A stretch of DNA of 64,000 nt from contig JANHCV010000003.1 in NCBI GenBank assembly GCA_025594325.1, positions 744,001-808,000 of the forward strand. The letters run 5' to 3'. Numbering within the stretch: position 1 is the stretch's first letter; every line of letters begins with the position of its first letter. Both the position numbers and the translations under genes were made by a program. The DNA is from Blastocladiella emersonii ATCC 22665 (lineage: Eukaryota; Fungi; Blastocladiomycota). The notes beneath the pieces are model-generated. The model was given only the letters and a program-made list of their open reading frames with translations, was not told the DNA's origin and did no database searches. Shown in pieces: positions 57,182-64,000 of the stretch.

Positions 57182-60105
57182 ATGCTGGACCACCTCTACG
57201 GGAAGCCGTCGACCACCTGGAAGCGCTTCGAGGCGCTCCTGGTCGCGCTCGTCTCGTACGCTCGCCTCGTCGCTGCACGCCCGAGTGCCTCTTGCGCTGA
57301 CCACCTCCATCCAGGCTCAAGATCCTCAAGGCCTACCACAACCGCCCCGCGCCCGGCGGCCGCTTCGTCCGCGGCCTCGACGCCAAGCTCAAGCGCTTCG
57401 CGCCGTGGCAGATTGTCCTCGGCACCCTCACGTCCGGCTACCTGCTCTCCAAGTTCAGTCTCTTCACCTTCATGAACTGTACGCTTCCTGCTGTACCGGT
57501 TTCGGCCAGCCTGATCTGACTCTGCGACGCGACCGCGTGTAGCCACGGAACCCTATGCTCGCTACGTACGATGGTCACCGACAGACCGCTCGCTAGTCGC
57601 GCTCACACGACACCCGCTCTGTAGTACAATCGCAACTTCTACCGCGCGACGTGGATCATGGTCGCGCTCGACGCCGGCTTCTGGACCGCCATGAACATCA
57701 AGCCCAAGATCCTGCGCGACGTGTGCAGCATCCTGTTCACGCTCTTCTACCTCGTCTTCGCCAACCGCGCCGACTACAAGGTGCGCCGCCTGCGCGCCTC
57801 GCCGACCCTCGACATGATGCGGCTGTCGTGGGAGAAGCAGCGGCACCCGCTGTTCCGCCTCGCGTCGCGCGCCATGCAACCCAAAATCACCTGGCGCGGG
57901 AAGCGCGTCGAGCTGCCACGGCCGCCGACCGCGTACGGGTACAACCCGGCGGATCCCAACACGACGCGCACGGTGCTGTCGCTCTTCTTCGCGGGCGCCG
58001 TGGCCGACCTCGCGCACGTCCGCAACGTGATCCTGCACTTCCCCGGCGGCGGGTTTGTGTGCATGGACCCGTCGATCCACGAGGACTACCTCGTCGAGTG
58101 GGCGCACCTGGCGCCGCACACGCTCGTCGTCGCCGTCGACTACGCCAAGGCCCCCGAGTACCCGTACCCGTACGCGCACGAGGAGCTGTTCGAGCTGTAC
58201 AAGCTGATCCGCGAGACCAACGGCGAGTGTCTCGGGCTTGCCGGGTGGACCGCCGATTTCGCCGTCACCACCGTCACCAACGGCCGCGCCGCCCACACCA
58301 CGGAGCGCCGCCGGTGCGCGCCCATCGTGATCGCCATGTCCGGCGACTCGGCCGGCGGCAACCTCGCGGCCGGCGTCGTGACCCGGTGCATCGAGGCCAA
58401 GGTCCCGCTCCCCGACTCGCTCGTGCTCATCTACCCGCACCTCGACATCGACATGGCGTGTTGGCTCTCGCCGCAGACCACGGAGCTGCTCCGCGTCGAG
58501 TCGGCCAAGCACGTCAACGCCCACGTCGACATTCACCGCACCGCGAGCGTCGGCCACCTCAGCCAGCTGCACCTCAGCGCCCTTGCGACCACGACGGCCG
58601 CGGCCGCGGCGGCCGCCGTCTCGGCGCCGACCAGCCCGCGCGGGCTCGGCCCCGCGGGCACGTCGTCGGGTGTCCTCGACCACTCGGCGCCCATGTCGTC
58701 GCTCTCCATCAACACCAATATGGACGCGTCGGGCTCGTCGTCGTCGGGCGGCGGCCTGCAGCGCAAGCGCAGCTTCTTCGAGATGGCCTCGTCCAAGCTG
58801 TCGGCGCTGCGCACGCAGAAGCCGCACACCGTGTTCGACGACTACGGCAACCCGACTTCGGCGCACCCGCCGTCGTCGGCCATCGACGCCACGCCGACGG
58901 GCACCGGTACCGCGACGCCGCCGCCGCCCAAGTCGCCGTACCGCGGTCCCTCGGCCACGTACCCGCTGCCTCCGTCGACGGGCGGTCCCGCGGCGCTCGC
59001 GCGGCACGGCGGGGCGACGGCGGGCTCGACGCTGGCACTGACGTCGCACATGGCCAACTTCAACGACCGGGTGCTGACGCCCGAGACGATGCGGGCGCTG
59101 GCGCTCCTGTACCTCGGCCCGTCGCCGATCCCGATCGACCTCGAGCGCGACTACTACCTGTCGCCCGTCCGCACCCCCGACGCGATCCTCGCGCAGTTCC
59201 CCAAGACGTACCTCGTGTGCGGCGAAAAGGACCCGCTCGTCGACGACACCATCACCATGGCGGGCCGGATCCGCGAGGCCAAGCAGCGCGCGTGGCACCG
59301 GAGTCTCGGGCGGCCCCGGCCCCGCGACACGGATGTTGCGGAGGTCGTGATCCTCGAGGGCGTCTCCCACGCGGTGCTCCAGATGATGGCGTTCCTCCCC
59401 GAGGCCAAGGACACGTGCCGCCTGATCCACGGGTGGTTCAACGAGACGTTCCACCCGGCCGGCGAGCCCGCGGTCGCTAAGATGGCGGCCGCGGCCGCGC
59501 AGCAGCAGGCGCGGTCGACCACGAGCGCTACCATGGGCTCGCGCACCACGTCGCGGTCCAAGTTCACGATCGGCGCCGACCACGAGGGCCTGCACAGCCT
59601 CGTCGGCAGCAATGGGTCGGCCGGCTCGTCCTTCGCCGCCGACGACGCGTCGCCGCAGCCCACGGTCGTCCACCGCACGCAGCAGCCGCGCAGCCGGTCC
59701 GCGTCGCCCGTGCGCCCGTCGTCGTCGTCATCCAACACGCCGACGCCGCGCACGGCTACCGCCACCTCGGCGTCGCAGCGGCCCAAGCTCGGGTCGGCAC
59801 ACGTCGACGAGGAGGTGAGCCTGCTGACGGGCAGCGAGGCGGACGATGATGACGATGACGACGACTACCTCGAGTTCCGCGACCAGGCGCACGTCGACCA
59901 GGCGCGGCTCCTGCAGCGGCGCACCATGCACCTGAGCCACGGGCTTTTCGGGTCCCAGGAGCAGGCGGATAAGGCGTTCCGGCAGAAGATTGGGACGGGT
60001 ACGCCGACCAAGCGCGCGGCGTCGACGACGGGGACGCCGAGCGGGAAGGCGGTGGCGCCGGTCGTCACGGTGCGCACGGCGAGTCCCGCGCGCAAGGCGG
60101 AGTGA
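57182..60105 (+). CDS. Hormone-sensitive-lipase-like alpha/beta hydrolase (fungal type; 3 introns near 5' end)
   Basis: HFPGGGF, VDYAKAPEYPYP, GDSAGGNL, CGEKDPLVDD, GVSHA; N-terminal membrane segment FYRATWIMVALDAGFWTAM. Confidence 0.9.
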
Positions 60106-60257
60106 TGAAGGAGGGTGGAAGAAAGGAAGCGTGTGTGTGCGCTTCGCGGTTGTTGTGTCACTCTTTTTGCACTTGCATCTCTCTCTCCCCATTGATAATC
60201 GATCCAGATGCGTTTCTCGAAGAGCAAGTGTATGTACAGGTTGAGAAGGACAGGGAC

Positions 60258-60921
60258 CTAGCTGTGGTCGTTGTACGACTTCTTGTCGTAGTGCGACGAG
60301 CGGCGGTACTCGGCGAGGAAGCCGCGGAAGTTGAAGTGGTCCGCGTTCGTCTTGTCGCTCTTGACTGCCGACACGAGAGAACGTCAGTCCACGTTCGCAG
60401 AACCACGGCGAGAAGTACATACGCACAACGAGCCCAGGCTTCACCGTCAACAAGATCCCATCGACCGCGACCTCCGTCCCGGCGCGCAGTGCCTTGGCGA
60501 CAGGATCCACGCCCTCCTCCGTCTGCGCCCCCGGCAACCCGCGCGCGAGCTCCGCCGGCAACTCGGCCTTGTGCACGAACTGGACGAGCCCCCACTTCGT
60601 CGGGCGGTGCGTGACCACGTCCTTGGTGATGCGCACGTCCTCGAGCGCGCCGTACCGCTCAAAGTGCCGCGCCACCGACGCCTCGCGCAGGCGCGGGTAG
60701 TCGCGCGTCGTCGCCGCGAAGAAGAGCGCGGGGCGTTGTGACGCGATGTCCTTGCGCAGGTGCGCCAGCGACGCGGTGCCGGGAGCGGGGCGGGCGGGTG
60801 TGCTGCCGCGGACGGCGGGGCGCGCGGAGGAGGGCGAGGTGGCGGCGGTGCCGGGGGCGAAGGTGCCGGACTTGGGCCCGAGGGTCTGGGCGAGCTTTGT
60901 GATGCGTTTTGCGCGTTCCAT
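60258..60921 (-). CDS. RRM-domain protein (1 intron)
   Basis: VARHFERYGALEDVRITKDVVTHRPTKWGLVQF RNP-like motif; spliced 3' exon ...FNFRGFLAEY...NDHS*. Confidence 0.7.
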
Positions 60922-61111
60922 TGCAGATTTAGGAGTTGTGGAGAGAGCGGGGGCGGACGCGACCAAAGCTTCTCGGTCGGCCGGCGGCCCCGATCACCGC
61001 GTCACCTGCCGTCGCCTGAGCGCCTCGCACTTCCCTCCTCCCCTTCCCTCTCTTCCCCTCGTTCATTGCAACGGATTACCGCGAACCCACTCACTGCAAC
61101 GTAACCATACC

Positions 61112-61937
61112 ATGACATCCGACTCGGGCGAAGACGTCACGTACCCGCGCTTCGTGCTGCCGGGCGAGCGCGTCGCGTGCCTGATCAAGGACGAGGCCGA
61201 CACCGCCGACAGCGGGCCCATTGTCGTCAAGCTCGGGCCCGGGCTCGTGCAGGAGAAGGGGTGGGTCGTCACCACCAAGGCCGGCATGCTCGACCACGAC
61301 CCCGAGACCAACGCGTGGATTGTCGAGTCGGACCAGAAGCGGGTACGGCCGTTTCCGAAGCGAAATGAAGCCGAGGCTAACACGATCCCCAACGTAGTAC
61401 GTGCCCGTCGTCGGCGAGAACGTGGTGGGCGTGATCACGCACAAGCTGGGCGAGGCGTTCCGCGTGGACATTGGGACCGCGCACCCGGCGGTGCTCTCGT
61501 ACATGGCCTTCGAGGGCGCGTCCAAGCGCAACCGGCCGAACCTGGACGTCGGCGACCTGGTCTACGCGCGCGTCGCCGTCGCCAGCAAGGACATGGACCC
61601 GGAGCTCGAGTGCACCAACCCGCGCACCCACAAGGCCGACGGGTTCGGCCACCTCGCCGCGGGGTTCCTCGCCAAGGTCCCGCTCGCCTTTGCCCGCCGC
61701 CTGTTCGAGGACCCGAACTGCGCTCCGCTCAAGGCCCTCGCCAAGCACTTCACGTTCGATATGGCGATCGGGCTCAACGGCCGCGTCTGGGTCAACGCCG
61801 GCGGCTCCAACCCCGCTACCACGGTCCACATCGCGCACGCGATCCAGGTCGCCCCAACATTGGCCGACAAGGCCTTCGAGGTGCACGTCAAGGAGGCGGC
61901 GCTCGCTGTCAAGCGCGGGCGCACGGACCAGTCCTAG
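61112..61937 (+). CDS. RRP40: Exosome complex subunit Rrp40 (1 intron)
   Basis: VLPGE, KLGPGL, KR|YVPVVGENVVGVI, AFEGASKRNRPNLDVGDLVYARV, DMAIGLNGRVWV. Confidence 0.95.
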
Positions 61938-61972
61938 GGGTTTCGTATATACACATAATTTATTTCTCTCCT

Positions 61973-64000
61973 TCATCCCGCCCCTGACGCCGTACCCGCG
62001 ACGCCCAGCGCCTCGACCAGCGCGTCGAGCGTCGTATACAACAAGTGCCGGTTGAGCAGCTGGTTCTGGAGCAACGACGTGACCCGCGTCGCCGCGCGCG
62101 TCGCGTTCTGGCGCCCGACGACGCCGCCGAGCAGCTCGGGCACCAGCGTCAGCAGCGTCTGTTTCGCGCTGACCTTGACGCGCTCGCGCTCCGCGGCCGT
62201 TGGCGCCGGCCACTCCGTGTTCCACTTGCCGCCCGGCCACAGCAGCGCGTCGAGGGACGACACGTACCCCGCGACCATGGCGGGCGAAGAGAGGTACGCG
62301 ACGGCGGTGCCGAGCCGCCGGTCAATCGTCTCGCCCAGCAGCTGCTGCAGGACGATCAGGATCGCTTGCCGGCGCAGCCAGTTGTTCTTCTCCTTGAGAT
62401 CGAACACCTCGATGAACAGCTCGCTGAACACGGATGCTGCCGCCGTCTCTTCGGTCCGCGCCGAGGTGGAGGTGGATGAAGGGGAGGGGAACAGCGCGTC
62501 GCTGCTCGTGCTGAGTTCCTGGAGCCACCGCGCCGCCGCGGTGCCGAGACCCGATGGTGCGTCGGGGCCGAAGCCCGGGAAGCGGAGGAACCCGGACGAG
62601 GATGACGAGGACGCGGACGCGGCGCCGACGGGAGCGGCCGCGGTCGCCGACGAGGCCGAGTCGGTGCTGCCGGGCGTCAGCGCCTCGAGCCCGCTCGCGA
62701 TCTTCTTCTGCCACTGCCGCATCAGCGACATGCCCGACGTCTTGTTCCCGAGCTGCTGCTGCGGCTGCGGCGCGCTGCCCGTGAGCCCGGCAAACAGCCC
62801 CGCCGCACCCCCTCCCGCACCCGAGAAGCTGCCGCGCTTGCGCAGGAGGATCTGCTGCTGCTGCAGCTGCAACCCGGCGACGTCGAGTTCCTCCTGGCAG
62901 ATGAACTGGCGGAACGCGGGCGAGTCAGCGACGTCCGGGTGCGTGCAGAGCGCCTGGAGGTACTTGGAGAGTTTCTCCATGCGGCTGGCGGCGAGCGCGT
63001 GGAGCAGGGTGCCGCCCATGAACGCGTTGGGCGCCTTCTTGGGCAGCTCGTACCCCGCCAGGACCGCGGGGAACTGCGCCTTGAGCAGCTGGTGCAGCAC
63101 GAGGAACTCGGAGAAGCGGCGCGTCACGACCCACCCGGGCCCCGCGGACTGCCCGGTGTCGCCGTACACCTGCTTCACCTCGACCACGTACAGCGCAAAG
63201 TCCTTGGTCCCGTCCGACTCGAGCGTGAACGAGGACACGGACACGGCGCACTTGGCGCCCCCGCCGCTTCCGCTTCCCGCGAGAAGGGAGTAGGGCGCGT
63301 CGCGCCGGTCGTCCTGGATCTCCTGCCACAGCAGCTCGCGCATCTCGTCGCGCAGCATCGCTTTCGACTTGGTCAGGATCTTGATCAGCTCCGCGTTCTT
63401 GTTGGCGCGCCGCGCCGAGCCCAGCAGCGAGTCCACGATCGCCTCCTGCTGCGACAGACGGTCGAGCGACTGCCGGATCGTGCTGCGGCCGGACGTCGCG
63501 GCGGGAAGCGGCATCGCGGGCACGCTCGTCGACGAGCTCGCCGACGACTGGCTCGCGCCGCGCACGTGCGATGGTGGCGCTGCAGGAGGCGCGGGGTCGG
63601 CAGAGACGAGGTCGAGCACCCCGCCGCCGCTGTCGGGATCCGCCAAATTGAGCGTCGACGCGGACGACGATGATGCGGCGCGCGACGACGCGAGCGGGCG
63701 CGGCGACCGCGGCGGCGGGTCGAGCAGGTCGTCGGCGGTCGTCAGGATCGACCGGAGCTCCGCGGCCACGGTCTCGACCGCGTCCGACGGCAGCAGCGCG
63801 TCCTCGTCGAGCAACCGCAGGTCGAGGACCGCGCCGTCGCCGCCACCGTTACTCGCTGCGGGCGTCGCGGCGGCGGCGGTGGGCTCGTCGGCCGTCGTCT
63901 CGCCTATGGCGGCAGCGCTCGCGCGGCGGCCGAGCGCAAGGGCGGCCTCGACCTCGGCGATAAACGCCGCGTCGTTGATGAGGGCCAGGTACAGGTCGCT
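61973..64000 (-). CDS. PX/PXC sorting nexin (SNX13/14/25-Mdm1 family), 5' part outside window
   Basis: PX: FALYVVEV...WVVTRRFSEFLVLHQLLK...LSKYLQAL. PXC: FIEVFDLKEKNNWLRRQAILIVLQQLLGETIDR...QNQLLNRHLLY. The frame is open to position 64000. Confidence 0.9.
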   Translation of the reverse strand, partial: SDLYLALINDAAFIAEVEAALALGRRASAAAIGETTADEPTAAAATPAASNGGGDGAVLDLRLLDEDALLPSDAVETVAAELRSILTTADDLLDPPPRSPRPLASSRAASSSSASTLNLADPDSGGGVLDLVSADPAPPAAPPSHVRGASQSSASSSTSVPAMPLPAATSGRSTIRQSLDRLSQQEAIVDSLLGSARRANKNAELIKILTKSKAMLRDEMRELLWQEIQDDRRDAPYSLLAGSGSGGGAKCAVSVSSFTLESDGTKDFALYVVEVKQVYGDTGQSAGPGWVVTRRFSEFLVLHQLLKAQFPAVLAGYELPKKAPNAFMGGTLLHALAASRMEKLSKYLQALCTHPDVADSPAFRQFICQEELDVAGLQLQQQQILLRKRGSFSGAGGGAAGLFAGLTGSAPQPQQQLGNKTSGMSLMRQWQKKIASGLEALTPGSTDSASSATAAAPVGAASASSSSSSGFLRFPGFGPDAPSGLGTAAARWLQELSTSSDALFPSPSSTSTSARTEETAAASVFSELFIEVFDLKEKNNWLRRQAILIVLQQLLGETIDRRLGTAVAYLSSPAMVAGYVSSLDALLWPGGKWNTEWPAPTAAERERVKVSAKQTLLTLVPELLGGVVGRQNATRAATRVTSLLQNQLLNRHLLYTTLDALVEALGVAGTASGAG

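Noticed and set aside
57562-59673. 703-aa minus-strand ORF (and similar long shadows at 11904, 15759, 16783, 62052)
   Set aside because: Antisense or alternative-frame shadows of genes with clear motifs; no start context or recognisable domains.

Overview
GC-rich, intron-containing eukaryotic DNA with fungal splice signals (GTACG/GTGCG donors, CTRAC branch points, YAG acceptors, mostly 55-100 nt introns). Chs5 together with a dynein roadblock chain, an LRRC74-like protein and an ankyrin-like/LRR gene suggests a zoosporic fungus, probably Blastocladiomycota (inference; no database search was possible). Conserved genes include the SmD3 3' end, DUF1295, CHS5, TAN1, MRM2, roadblock, RSM24, GLY1, COA4, a SET protein, an ABCA half transporter, eIF3a, an HSL-like lipase, an RRM protein, RRP40 and a PX/PXC sorting nexin. 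They are interleaved with lower-GC accessory islands (about 0.6-9.7, 27.6-34, 36.4-38 and 48.7-54.8 kb). Main observations: (1) two near-identical inverted copies of a 2612-bp DNA transposon with 88-bp TIRs, separate 9-bp TSDs and a P-element-like transposase; (2) a four-exon gene for a secreted, extremely Arg/Lys/Gly-rich repeat protein; (3) a non-coding array of about 30 x 26-bp units next to a decayed Myb/SANT-like gene; (4) a SIVA-like zinc-finger gene; (5) a gene frameshifted by a 17-bp tandem duplication; (6) a ~20-bp motif shared between islands; (7) scrambled homoisocitrate dehydrogenase fragments. Exon joins were derived by hand. Most long antisense ORFs in the track are GC-bias artefacts. 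No rRNA, intact tRNA or CRISPR array was found.
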